Shown one piece after another: positions 9,145-18,710 of a DNA stretch of 64,000 nt; the first letter of the stretch is position 1, and every line of letters starts with the position of its first letter. The DNA lies in the NCBI GenBank assembly GCA_044223005.1, contig JBGAML010000006.1:1-64000 (forward strand). The letters run 5' to 3'. The position numbers and the translations under genes are program-made. Source of the DNA: Candidatus Eiseniibacteriota bacterium. Lineage in GTDB: Bacteria > Eisenbacteria > RBG-16-71-46. The notes under the pieces are model-generated. The model saw only the letters and a list, made by a program, of their open reading frames with translations. It made no database searches and had not been told where the DNA came from.

Positions 9145-10032
9145 ATGCGACGTCGAATGCTGCCGTGGCTCGTCCTGCTGGCGCTGCTCGCGCCGGCGCG
9201 CTCGGGCGCCGAGATCCCCGCGTTGACGCGCGAGTTCGTGACCGCCGATTTCACGCGCACGCCCGAAGCGCTCGCGGCGCTCGCGCATCGCCACCACGTC
9301 GCGGGCGCCTTCGCGGGCGGGGCGTACTGGGCCGGGCGCGAGCCGGGCTCGGCGAACGCGTTCCGCTCCGGGAATCCGCTCGGCGGCCGCGCCGAGGCGC
9401 TGCTGCGCGCGGGCCGCTGGACGGCGGGCGGCGACGCGACGAACGACGGCGCGCTCGACGCCGAGCCGGGCGAGTACGCGCAGCGCGTGTTCGCCGCGGC
9501 CGACGTACCCGAGTGGCGCTTCGCCCTCACGGCCGCCGCCGGCTTCGGGCGGGGCCGCCACCGCGGCGAGGACGTGGCGGCGGAGCTGGCGCCGCTCCAC
9601 TGGAACCTGCACCTCGCGACGATGGACCTGGCGCCGCGCGCGTGGGGCTGGCTGCGCGTGCGCCGGCCTGCGGGCGGCGGCCCGGTGACGTGGACACCGG
9701 CCGCGGCGCTCGCGCTGCAGCATTTCGTCGTCCTCGGCTCGCAGCCGGTCGTCGCGTTCTCGCTGCGTTCGGACATGGCCGACGCGCGCTTGCCCGTCAC
9801 GAGCGGCATGCTGCAGCTGGGATTCGCGAGCGTGCCGAAGCCGCTCGGCGGCGGCCGCGGGACCGGCGGCGATCCCGACATGCCGGGGCCGGCCGGCGGG
9901 CCGGCGCCCTCGCTCGTCGACCGGAACTGGTTCGCGACGCTGGGCTGGGCGTTCCCGTTCGACGATCGCTCGAGCGGCCGCTTCGCCGTGCAGGCCGGAA
10001 TGCGCTTCGTGCGCCCCTGGGGAGGTTCGTGA
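9145..10032 (+). CDS. Secreted hypothetical protein, possible outer-membrane beta-barrel
   Basis: AGGAGG RBS; signal peptide; alternating hydrophobic/aromatic strands near the C-terminus. Confidence 0.65.
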   Translation: MRRRMLPWLVLLALLAPARSGAEIPALTREFVTADFTRTPEALAALAHRHHVAGAFAGGAYWAGREPGSANAFRSGNPLGGRAEALLRAGRWTAGGDATNDGALDAEPGEYAQRVFAAADVPEWRFALTAAAGFGRGRHRGEDVAAELAPLHWNLHLATMDLAPRAWGWLRVRRPAGGGPVTWTPAAALALQHFVVLGSQPVVAFSLRSDMADARLPVTSGMLQLGFASVPKPLGGGRGTGGDPDMPGPAGGPAPSLVDRNWFATLGWAFPFDDRSSGRFAVQAGMRFVRPWGGS

Positions 10033-10859
10033 TGCCGATCTCGGATGCGACCCGCGAAGAACGCACGCGCGCCCGCCAGCAGCTCGCGCGCTGGCAGGCC
10101 CAGCGCCTGACGCTGGCGCGCCCGGTCGTGCTCGTGCCGGGCTGGCGCGACGAGCAGGCGGAGTGCTGGACGCGCATGGCGGCGTGGTTCGAGGCCGTCC
10201 TGACCAACTTCGCGAAGGACGTGCACGTGATCCAGTTCGTCGCCCCGAGCGGCACGGGCGATCCGCCGTGGGAGGACTTCCTCGACTTCGGCAGCGACCT
10301 CGCCGACTACGTGCACGCGCACCTGGACGGCGACCCGCGCGGACTCGACGTGGTCGCGCACAGCATGGGCGGGCTCGACACCGTGGCCGCGATCGCGCTC
10401 ATGCAGGACCAGCCGGGCATCACGAGCGCGCCGCTGCGCGGCGTGCGCAACGTAATCACGTTCGACACGCCGTTCGAGGGCTTCGCGGCGGCGAAGAACG
10501 CGCTGCTGCAGAAGTTCGTGAAGGCCGGCCGCGACGACCCGTGGGTGATGCTGCAGCTGGGCGCGATGGCGCCGGACTCCAAGCGCATCGCCGAGGTGGC
10601 GGCCGCACGCGGCGAGTTCCTCGCGAACGTCGAAGCGTTCTGGCCACGCGGCGCCGACAACTGGGACGGTGTGCTCGAGGTGCCGCACGCGAGCGCCGAG
10701 TACGGCGGCCGCGACGCGTTCCCCGCCGCGGTGCGCGCGCGCTACCGGCCGTACCAGGTCTACCGCGACACGTCGCACTCGGGGCTCGCGAACGGCGTCA
10801 CCAACGACCTGCGCGCGATCGTCGATACGCTGCGAATCCTGACCGGGACGGGCGCGTGA
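10032..10859 (+). CDS. Alpha/beta hydrolase (lipase/PGAP1-like)
   Basis: PVVLVPG, VVAHSMGG nucleophile elbow, DTPFEG, DGVL, SHS. Confidence 0.85.
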   Translation: MPISDATREERTRARQQLARWQAQRLTLARPVVLVPGWRDEQAECWTRMAAWFEAVLTNFAKDVHVIQFVAPSGTGDPPWEDFLDFGSDLADYVHAHLDGDPRGLDVVAHSMGGLDTVAAIALMQDQPGITSAPLRGVRNVITFDTPFEGFAAAKNALLQKFVKAGRDDPWVMLQLGAMAPDSKRIAEVAAARGEFLANVEAFWPRGADNWDGVLEVPHASAEYGGRDAFPAAVRARYRPYQVYRDTSHSGLANGVTNDLRAIVDTLRILTGTGA

Positions 10860-10997
10860 GGCGGCCGGGCCTGCGCGTGCGCTAGCAGTTTCGGCCGCGG
10901 TGGGAGCGGCGAAACCGCCGCTCAGCCCCGCGGCCCGAACGGCCGAAAACCCGGGTGAACCCGGCGCGGTCGCGACGGGTCGACCCGGGGATTCACC

Positions 10998-12866
10998 GTG
11001 CCGAACACGCACCCGTTCGCGCCGCTGCGCGAACCCGCACACCGATTCGAGACGCCCGTCCGGCGGGAGGCGCTCGCGCGCCTCGTCGACGGCCTGGGCG
11101 CACGCGAGCCGTTCCTGCTCGTGACCGGCGCGCCGGGGACCGGCAAGACGGTCCTGCTCGCGGCCGCCGTCGCCGGCTGGGGCGAGCGGGCGGTGGTCGC
11201 GTTCCCCTCGCTCGCGGCACTGGCAGCGGGCGAACTGGTCGAGGACGTGGTCCGGCGCCTGGGCGGCGATCCCGCGCCGGGCACGGGCCGAGCGGCGATG
11301 GTGGCCGAACTCGAGCGCCGGCTCGCCGAGGCGGCCGCGCAGGATCGCGTGACGGTGCTCGCGATCGACGACGCGCAGGAACTCGCGCCGGAGCGGCTCG
11401 AGGAACTCCGCTCGCTCGCCGACGCCGCGGCGCGCGTGCGCGCCCCGTTCGAGGTCGTGCTCGCGGGCACCGACGCGCTCGCGGCGACGCTCGCGGCGCC
11501 CGAACGCGCGGCGCTCCGCCAGCGTGTCTCCGTCCGCGTGACGCTGGGACCGCTCTCGGCCGCCGAGACGAAGCACTACCTGCATCACCGCGTGAGCGCG
11601 AACGGCGGCGACGGTCCCGGCACGTTCGGGCGCCGCGCCTGCCGCGCGATCGCCGCGGCGAGCGAAGGCGTGCCGCGCCAAGTCGACGTGCTCGCGCACG
11701 AAGCGATGCGCGCCGCGCAGGCGGCGGGCGAGCCGACCGTGACGCCGGAGCGCGTGCGCGCCGCGGCGCTCGCGCTCTGGGGCGAGCCGGCGGCCGCGCG
11801 TCTCGACGCCGCGGAGCGCGATGCCGCGCCCGCGCGCGACCCGGCGCCGGAAGCCGCGCCGACGCGCACCGAGCCGCGCGAGGAGCCGGCCGCGCGCCAC
11901 GCGCCCGCCGCGCCGGCGAAGGCCGCGCGTCCCGCACCCGAGGCCGCACACCGAACGCCCGCGCCCGCGAAGGCAGCACGCCCGGCGCCGGAGCCCGCGG
12001 AGCGTACGCCGGCCGCGCGTGACGCGCGCGCCGCAGCGCCCGCCGCCACGGCGCCCGCGCCCGAAGCGCCTGCGCGTCCCGCGCCGGCTGCGGCCGCCAT
12101 CGCGACGCCGGAGGTCACGGCGCCCGCGGCGCCGCAGGATCCGCGCGAGTGGGTCGCGCGTTTCGTCGGCGATCGCGGTCCGGTCCAGATCGGCTCGCGC
12201 GCGGCGTTCGAGCGCGCGCGCTTCGAGCCCGAGTGGGAGCGCGAGCCCGTGCCGGCCGCCGCTCCGTCCGCGCGTCCGTCAACGAACGTGAACGTCTCGC
12301 CAGTCGCGACCGCTCCGGCACCCGCGCCGTCTTCACCGCGCCATCGCCGCCGCCTGCCCGCACTCGCCGGCGCGCTCGTCGCGATCGGGGCCGTCGCCGC
12401 GATCGGGCTCGCGCTGCGCGTGCTCGGCCATGCGCACGCGGTGCCGGCACCGGACGTCGCGCGCGCCGTCGCGCCCGCGCCGCCCGTCGCCGCCGCTCCA
12501 GCGCCCGTGGTCCACGTGGTGCCGCCCGCCGAAGCGAGCACGCCGCCGGTCACGCGCCCCGTCACGCCGGCGGCATCCGCTGGCGCCGCGACGTCGCCCG
12601 CGCGCGACGGCCGCTGGGCGATCGACGTCGGCGGCTACGTGGACCTGGATCGCGCGCTCGCGGAGCGCGACCGCGCCCGCGAGCGCACGGGGATCCAGGC
12701 GTGGGTCGTGCCCGCGCCCGAAGGCAGCGCCGGCGTACACCGCATCGTGCTCGGGATCTTCCATTCCTCCGAGCGCGCGAACGCCGCCGCCGAGGCGCTG
12801 CTCGGCGCGGGTTCGGTACGCGAAGCCTCAGTCATCCCGCTGCCGCCGAAGCGCGACCGGCGCTGA
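10998..12866 (+). CDS. ExeA-family AAA ATPase with Pro/Ala linker, TM helix and SPOR-like domain
   Basis: Walker A GAPGTGKT; LAIDDAQ; LRQRV; YLHHRV; GVPR; TM ALAGALVAIGAVAAIGLAL; C-terminal HRIVLGIF. Confidence 0.85.
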   Translation: MPNTHPFAPLREPAHRFETPVRREALARLVDGLGAREPFLLVTGAPGTGKTVLLAAAVAGWGERAVVAFPSLAALAAGELVEDVVRRLGGDPAPGTGRAAMVAELERRLAEAAAQDRVTVLAIDDAQELAPERLEELRSLADAAARVRAPFEVVLAGTDALAATLAAPERAALRQRVSVRVTLGPLSAAETKHYLHHRVSANGGDGPGTFGRRACRAIAAASEGVPRQVDVLAHEAMRAAQAAGEPTVTPERVRAAALALWGEPAAARLDAAERDAAPARDPAPEAAPTRTEPREEPAARHAPAAPAKAARPAPEAAHRTPAPAKAARPAPEPAERTPAARDARAAAPAATAPAPEAPARPAPAAAAIATPEVTAPAAPQDPREWVARFVGDRGPVQIGSRAAFERARFEPEWEREPVPAAAPSARPSTNVNVSPVATAPAPAPSSPRHRRRLPALAGALVAIGAVAAIGLALRVLGHAHAVPAPDVARAVAPAPPVAAAPAPVVHVVPPAEASTPPVTRPVTPAASAGAATSPARDGRWAIDVGGYVDLDRALAERDRARERTGIQAWVVPAPEGSAGVHRIVLGIFHSSERANAAAEALLGAGSVREASVIPLPPKRDRR

Positions 12867-12872
12867 CGCCGC

Positions 12873-13583
12873 TCAGTCGCGATCGCAGTGGCGGTGCCAT
12901 GCACCGACCGCCGCGAACGTCGCGCCCGCCGCCGCGATCGCGGCATCGGCCTCGCGCCCGGACAGCGCGAGCCCGTCGGCCCACGCGCGGAACGCATCGA
13001 TCACCGCACGCGTGCGCGCGCCGTAGGCGAGCAGGAACGCCGCCCCGGTCGCGGGCTCGAGCCCGAGGTTGTGCCGCACCACCGCGCCGATCACGGCGCC
13101 GCCCGCGCGCGAGCCGCGCCGCACGTATTCGGTGCCGGCCAGTTGCGGCAGCGAGGTGATCGCGGGCAGCCCCGGCATGACCGGCAGCGCCGCGGCCGCC
13201 GCGTCGCCGTAGAGGTGCACGACGTCTCCGCGCAGCCGTGGCAGCGGCGGTTCGGGCTCGGACGGCAGTCCATGCGCGAGTGCGAGCGCGCGCGCCGCGG
13301 GCGCCGCGAGCGCCGCATCGACCGCCGCCTCGAAGCCGTGCGCCGCCACGAGGAAGCGGCGGTAGACGTCGCGATACTCGGCGAGCGCACGTTCGCGCCG
13401 GGCGCGCTCGGGCGCCGGCGCCGCGGGATCGGGAGCGGGCAGCCGCACGACGACGAGCCGGTTGAACGTCGCGCCCGACTCGACCTGCTCATGGATCGCG
13501 CGCGTCTCTTCGCGCAGGCGCTGGGAGAGCCGCACGGCGGGGGCGGGCGTCGAGGCTTCGGGCGCGGGCATCGTTCCGCTCAT
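12873..13583 (-). CDS. Biliverdin-producing heme oxygenase-like protein
   Basis: LREETRAIHEQVE (proximal His); YVRRGSRAGGAVI distal helix; FLLAYG. Confidence 0.75.
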   Translation of the reverse strand: MSGTMPAPEASTPAPAVRLSQRLREETRAIHEQVESGATFNRLVVVRLPAPDPAAPAPERARRERALAEYRDVYRRFLVAAHGFEAAVDAALAAPAARALALAHGLPSEPEPPLPRLRGDVVHLYGDAAAAALPVMPGLPAITSLPQLAGTEYVRRGSRAGGAVIGAVVRHNLGLEPATGAAFLLAYGARTRAVIDAFRAWADGLALSGREADAAIAAAGATFAAVGAWHRHCDRD

Positions 13584-14152
13584 CGCGCACCCGGTTCGGG
13601 CTGCTGCGCGGACGCCGCCGTGTTCACGAGCGGGCACCCGGGCGTCGCGCAGCTCGCGTACGATTCCAGCGCCGCATGCCGCGAGCGCCGCGCGCTCGTG
13701 AGCCGCCACGCGTGCAGCCACACGGCGCCGATGATCGCGACGAACACGGCGGCGTACTCGAGCCGGTCGAAGTGCGCGCGCCCGCGCCACTCCGCCGTGA
13801 GCATCGCCGCGAGCCACACGTTGGTCGCGAGCACCGCCGGCGCCCGGAGCCAGGACGCGAACACGCGCGCCCACGGCGCCATGCGCGCGACGATCGGCGA
13901 TCGCACCCCGCGATGCCGCGCGAGCCACCACGCCCGCCAGCCGCCCGCGAGAATCGCCGCGACGCTCATCACTTCGAGCCCGATACGGGCGAGCGGAACC
14001 CGCCCGCCCACGCCGTACGCCGCCCACCCCGCGAGCAGCACACCGAACACGAGCCACGCCGTGCGCCGATGCGCACGATCCTGGACGAACAGCGTATGCA
14101 CCCCACCGATCACGGCACCCGCCGCGGCGATGGGAGCGATGGGACAGATCAT
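13580..14152 (-). CDS. Integral membrane protein with Cys-Pro motifs
   Basis: GGAG RBS; MICP start; about 5 hydrophobic segments; C-terminal CATPGCP; ATGA overlap with the heme oxygenase start. Confidence 0.7.
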   Translation of the reverse strand: MICPIAPIAAAGAVIGGVHTLFVQDRAHRRTAWLVFGVLLAGWAAYGVGGRVPLARIGLEVMSVAAILAGGWRAWWLARHRGVRSPIVARMAPWARVFASWLRAPAVLATNVWLAAMLTAEWRGRAHFDRLEYAAVFVAIIGAVWLHAWRLTSARRSRHAALESYASCATPGCPLVNTAASAQQPEPGAR

Positions 14153-14230
14153 GGCGTGGGGCTCCGGGCATGGTGGGGATTGAGGATGGATGTTGAGCAA
14201 GCTAAACACTGTGAACCATGCCGTCAAACC

Positions 14231-14358
14231 GTTGTGGTCGGGAAATTGTTGGAGGCGGCGCAAGTCGAGCAAGGGGGGGTGGAGCGACGCATTGCCGAAT
14301 CTCCAAGTCGTTGTGGTTCGGTCGCGCTCCGAGCCGCCAACAATTTCCAGAGCACAAC
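14231..14358. mobile_element. 128-bp MITE/REPIN-like foldback element
   Basis: GTTGTGGTCGGGAAATTGTTGG vs reverse complement of CCAACAATTTCCAGAGCACAAC (20/22), plus nested inner pairs. Confidence 0.65.
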
Positions 14359-14363
14359 CAAAG

Positions 14364-15599
14364 CTATTGCTGTGCAAGGAGATGTGCGAACAGAGCCAGG
14401 TAGTCCCGCGCCTCCCGCGTATGCAGGAAGTTGTCCCTCACGTGCTCGCGCCCCTCGGCTCCCAGGCGGCGCCGGAGGCCCGGGTCGCGGAGCAGGCGGC
14501 CGAGCTGCAGGGCGCAGCCCTCGACCGATCGGACCAGCAGGCCGGTGCGCTCGTGGAGGACCTGGAGCGGGATGCCGCCCACGGCGCTGGCGACCACGGC
14601 TCGGCGCTTCCACAGGGCTTCGGCGACCGTGAGGGCGAAGCCTTCGCGCAGCGACTTCTGGACGACGACCGTCGAGCGGCGCTGGAGGGCGTTGATCGTG
14701 CGGTGGGCGTCGGGGGGGAGCGCGAGGATCGTGACGTCGTCGCGGTGCGCGGCGCGGGCGTGCGTCTCGGCGAGGACTTCGGCGCCCTCGGGATCGTCGT
14801 CGGCGGTGCCGCCGGCGAGGACCAGGTGGGCGCGCTCGCGGCGGCGGGCCATGACGAAGGCGTCGATCACGCCGGTCGGGTCCTTGAGGCGGTCGAAGCG
14901 CGAGACCTGCGTGACGAGCGGGAGGTCGCGCGGCAGGCCGAATGGGGCGAGCTGGTGGTCGACGGCCTCGTCGTCGAGCGGTTCGTTCTTCGGGCTCAGC
15001 GGGTCGATCGACGGGGGCGCGAGGAACGCGGGCGTTTCGAGCCGCGGGACGAACGAGACGTGCGAGTAGATGGCGGCGTCGTAGGCGCGGACGTGGGCGA
15101 CGACCGGCGCGAGCACCGCCGGACGGGCGCGCGAGAGATCGATGTGGCAGCGCCAGACCCAGCGCTGGCCGCGATCGCGGCGCAGTGCGGCGAGGGCGAC
15201 GGGCTGCGGGTCGTGGATGAGGACGAGATCGCCGTCGAGCGCGAGGCTGCGCGCGGCGAGGCGGTTGGTCTCCTCGAAGTACTCGAGGTCGTCGCGTGAG
15301 AGCGTGACCGGTGCGCCGTGCAGGCCGTTGTGGATCGCCTTGGTGATCGCGTAGAAGCGCGGGTCGCCGGACATCACCTCCCAGCTCGTCGGCACGCCGA
15401 GTTCCTCGAGCAGGGGCACCAGCCGGTGCAGGATCTCGGCGACGCCGCCGCCGGTGGCGGTGGAGTTCACCATCACCATGCGGTGGCCGCGCAGCCGGTG
15501 CGCGATCGCCTCCAGCGTGCGCATGGGGCCGTCGCCGACGAAGGTGCGGTAGCCCTCGACCAGCGAGAGCCCGCGTTCGGGAAAGATGGCGGGGCTCAC
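14364..15599 (-). CDS. treT: Trehalose synthase, glycosyltransferring (GT4)
   Basis: VNSTATGGGVAEIL, IHDPQP, WRCHID, QVSRFDRLKDP, QKSLREGFALTVAEALWK. Confidence 0.88.
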   Translation of the reverse strand: MSPAIFPERGLSLVEGYRTFVGDGPMRTLEAIAHRLRGHRMVMVNSTATGGGVAEILHRLVPLLEELGVPTSWEVMSGDPRFYAITKAIHNGLHGAPVTLSRDDLEYFEETNRLAARSLALDGDLVLIHDPQPVALAALRRDRGQRWVWRCHIDLSRARPAVLAPVVAHVRAYDAAIYSHVSFVPRLETPAFLAPPSIDPLSPKNEPLDDEAVDHQLAPFGLPRDLPLVTQVSRFDRLKDPTGVIDAFVMARRRERAHLVLAGGTADDDPEGAEVLAETHARAAHRDDVTILALPPDAHRTINALQRRSTVVVQKSLREGFALTVAEALWKRRAVVASAVGGIPLQVLHERTGLLVRSVEGCALQLGRLLRDPGLRRRLGAEGREHVRDNFLHTREARDYLALFAHLLAQQ

Positions 15600-16324
15600 G
15601 ACGCCGAGTCCCCGCGCGCGCGCCGCACGAGCCGCGCGACGGCGCTGCGCCCGGCTTCGCGGCGCGCGCCTTCGGGACGCGTGTTGGCCTCGGCGAGCCG
15701 GCGGCCGAGTTGGCGGCGGCGCCAGCGGCGCCGGGCGAGCGCCCGCGCGGCGTCGATCGGCAGGCCGGAGTGCGCGGCGTCGCGCAGCAGCTCGGCGAGC
15801 GGTCGCGCCTCCTGCGCGACGAGCCATTCGAGCAGCGGGGCATGGCCGGCGAGCCACGGCTCCTCGACGAGGTGCAGGAACCAGGTCGCGGCATCGGCGC
15901 TCGCGAGCGTCTCGAAGAGCTCGTCGGGCGTCGCCGCGACGAGGCCCGTCGGGACGCAGAGCGGGACGGTGGCGAGGAACGTGAACCCCGCGCCCTCGTG
16001 GGCGCGCACGGGCGGCGCCGACTCCAGCGCGGCGAGCAGCGCTTCGCGCAACGTCGCCGGGTCGTCGTGGCGCACCTGGGTCGCGTACGAGAGCCGCTCG
16101 GCGGTCTCGGGCGACTGCATCGCGTCGGCGGCCCAGGCGCTGAAGTCGTCGGGCGGCAGCTCGGCCGCCGCGGGATGGCGCAGCGCGCCCTGGACGACGT
16201 GGCGGAAGAGCACGGCGTCGGGCGCGTCGGCGATGCCGCGCGCGAGCGCGGCGAAGTCGAACGCGGGCTCGCCCCACGGCTGGACGAGGTGCACGACGGT
16301 CTGGAACGCGAACGGTTCGCTCAC
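15596..16324 (-). CDS. DUF5752-family protein (TreT-associated)
   Basis: EPFAF start, LFRH, DDFSAWA, AERL; internal duplication; directly upstream of treT. Confidence 0.7.
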   Translation of the reverse strand: MSEPFAFQTVVHLVQPWGEPAFDFAALARGIADAPDAVLFRHVVQGALRHPAAAELPPDDFSAWAADAMQSPETAERLSYATQVRHDDPATLREALLAALESAPPVRAHEGAGFTFLATVPLCVPTGLVAATPDELFETLASADAATWFLHLVEEPWLAGHAPLLEWLVAQEARPLAELLRDAAHSGLPIDAARALARRRWRRRQLGRRLAEANTRPEGARREAGRSAVARLVRRARGDSAS

Positions 16325-16328
16325 GGCG

Positions 16329-17033
16329 TCACTCCGGGCGGCGTGGGCGGTCCTCGTCGAGCGAGCGCAGGTACTCGATCACGAAGTCGCGTGCGAGCTC
16401 GCGGCAGCCGAGCCCGAACGCGAGCGCCAGCCCCAGGCCCGCGGTGGCGGCGGCCACGATGCCGAGCCCCATGACGAACTGGGCCGCGAAGCCGAGCTGG
16501 TCGAGTGCGAGCAGGGCCGCGAAGCCGGTGAGCAGCGCCGAAAGCACCTGGCCCACGAGCCGCGCACCGCGCATCTCGCCCGAATCGAGGAACCGCTGCA
16601 CGATCGCGCCCACCAGGAGCGCGAACAGCGTGCCGATCACGAGCAGCACGGTGGCGGTGACGATGCGCGGCAGAACGTCGCCCAGCCGCTCCGCCACCGA
16701 GAGGCCGAGGTGGTAGCCGAGCGTCTCCAGTGCGAGCAGCGCGGCGGCGGCGAGCACGATCCAGTAGACGGCCCACGCGGCCAGCGCCGACGGGCCGTGG
16801 CGTGCGACGGCGCGGCCGCCCAGCAGCCGCTCGACGCCCTCGTCGAAGCGCAGCCGCCTCAGCACGGCACGCACGAGGCGCGAGAGCAGGGCCGCGACGA
16901 GCCAGCCGCCGAGCACGGCGACGAGTGCGATGGCGGCGTCGACGGCGCCCTGTTGGGCGCCCGCGCCGAGATCGGAGAGCCGCGACAGTGCGCCGGACCA
17001 CGATCCGGCCTGCAGCAGGAACGCGTGCGTCAT
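16329..17033 (-). CDS. Mechanosensitive-channel TM-helix (CmpX-like) membrane protein
   Basis: Repeated 'GWLVA/LPRIV' TM modules; ALDQLG; GLALAFGLGCRE. Confidence 0.8.
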   Translation of the reverse strand: MTHAFLLQAGSWSGALSRLSDLGAGAQQGAVDAAIALVAVLGGWLVAALLSRLVRAVLRRLRFDEGVERLLGGRAVARHGPSALAAWAVYWIVLAAAALLALETLGYHLGLSVAERLGDVLPRIVTATVLLVIGTLFALLVGAIVQRFLDSGEMRGARLVGQVLSALLTGFAALLALDQLGFAAQFVMGLGIVAAATAGLGLALAFGLGCRELARDFVIEYLRSLDEDRPRRPE

Positions 17034-17037
17034 GCGA

Positions 17038-18666
17038 TCACCTCCCGGGAATGCGCACGGCGACGCCGTCGGTGTCGCCGGGGCCTGTGGCCGCGGGCGG
17101 CTCGGGCCGCGGCGTCTTGAGGTCGAGCCCGACCAGCGTGTCGAGCACGTCGAGCGTCCAGTCGTAGACGTTCCGGCGCATCACCGTCTCGCGCAGCGCG
17201 GCCATGCGCTCGCGTCGCGCGGGGGCGGGCTCCGAGAGCGCGGCGTGATACGTGTCCGCGAGCGCTTCGCGGTCGTACGGCGAGGCGATCCACGCACGCT
17301 CCAGCTCGCGCGCCGCGCCGGTGAACGGCGACAGCACGAGCGCGCCCTCGAGGTCGGGCGAGGCGGCGAGGTATTCCTTCGCGACGAGGTTCATGCCGTC
17401 GTGCAGCGACGTGACCGCGCACAGGTCGGCCATGCGGTACCACGGCACGAGATCGCGGAAGTCGAGGTTCGCCTCGATCAACGGCGTCGTCGGGCCCGTG
17501 GTGCGCGGATATTTCCGGCCGATCGTGCGCGTCCAGCGGTGCACGCGCACGCGCACGTCGCGGTACTCGCGCAGCTCGATGCGCGACGGGACGCCGATCT
17601 GCACGAACGCGAACCGGCCCTGCCACTGCGGATACTTCTCGAACATCCGCTCGAGGGCTTCGTAGCGCTCGGGAATGCCCTTCGTGTAGTCGAGCCGGTC
17701 GACGCCGAGCCCGACGAGGCAGTCGCCGAGGCCGAACTCGCCCCGCAGGCGCTCCACGGCGCGGAGCGTCTCGGGGCTCTCGGCGAGCGCGGCGATCTCC
17801 TCGGCGTCGATGCTGATCGCGAACGGCTGCACCCACGTGCGATCGGCGCCGCGGTCCACGGCGTGGCGTTCCATGTCCACGCGCGCCTCGAGCGTCTCGG
17901 CGACCGAGTCGAGGAAGTTGGTCGCGTGGCGCCGGATGTGGAACCCGAGCAGGTCGTTGGCGAGCATGCCGTCGAGCAGCTCGTCCTTCCACGGCAGCAC
18001 GCGGAACACTTCCGGGTTGGGCCACGGGATGTGCCAGAACATCGCCACGCGCAGGTCGGGCCGGCGCGCCTTCAGGTGCCGGGCGACGAGCGCGAGGTGG
18101 TAGTCTTGCAGGAACACCAGCGCGGGCTCGTCGCCGATCTCGTCCAGCACGGCCTCGGCGAAGCGCCGGTTGACGTCCCGGTAGCACTCGAAATCCGCGA
18201 GACGGAATCGCGGCCGCACGTACACCACGTGACAGAGCGGCCAGAGAGCACTGTTGGCGAAGCCCGAGTAGTAGCGTTCGTGATCCTCGGGCGAGAGCCA
18301 GACGCGGCGCAGCGCGTAGCGCGGACGATCCGGCGGACACGCCACACGGTCCCGGGCGTCCACGACCTCGCGGTCGGCGTCGCCGCTGCCGTGCGCGATC
18401 CACTCGCCCCCCAGCGCCTGCATCACGGCGTCGAGCGCCACGGTGAGCCCGCCCGCGTTGCGCACGACGCGGATGCCGCCGTCGGCCGCGTGGTGGTGCG
18501 ACCAGGGTTCGCGGTTGGAGACGATCACGAGCCGCCGGCCCGCGAGGTGGGCCTGGGCCCACGCGACGAGGTCTTCGCGGCTGGTGCGCGGCGGTGCCCC
18601 CGCACGCTGCTGCGTGCGGATGGCGGCGCGCTGCAGCGCGCCACGGGCGCGATCCGTGAACGCCAT
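17038..18666 (-). CDS. otsA: Trehalose-6-phosphate synthase
   Basis: VSNREP, GGLT, LWPLCH, QDYH, FWHIPWP, GVDRLDYTKGI, DGMNLVAKEY. Confidence 0.95.
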   Translation of the reverse strand: MAFTDRARGALQRAAIRTQQRAGAPPRTSREDLVAWAQAHLAGRRLVIVSNREPWSHHHAADGGIRVVRNAGGLTVALDAVMQALGGEWIAHGSGDADREVVDARDRVACPPDRPRYALRRVWLSPEDHERYYSGFANSALWPLCHVVYVRPRFRLADFECYRDVNRRFAEAVLDEIGDEPALVFLQDYHLALVARHLKARRPDLRVAMFWHIPWPNPEVFRVLPWKDELLDGMLANDLLGFHIRRHATNFLDSVAETLEARVDMERHAVDRGADRTWVQPFAISIDAEEIAALAESPETLRAVERLRGEFGLGDCLVGLGVDRLDYTKGIPERYEALERMFEKYPQWQGRFAFVQIGVPSRIELREYRDVRVRVHRWTRTIGRKYPRTTGPTTPLIEANLDFRDLVPWYRMADLCAVTSLHDGMNLVAKEYLAASPDLEGALVLSPFTGAARELERAWIASPYDREALADTYHAALSEPAPARRERMAALRETVMRRNVYDWTLDVLDTLVGLDLKTPRPEPPAATGPGDTDGVAVRIPGR

Positions 18667-18710
18667 GTCGCCCTCCCGGGTTCGCGGCCGGGTGTGCGGC
18701 GGGGGCGGAC

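Noticed and set aside
14178..14200. Fur box upstream of the heme oxygenase operon
   Set aside because: Only a weak, non-palindromic resemblance; cannot be supported by eye
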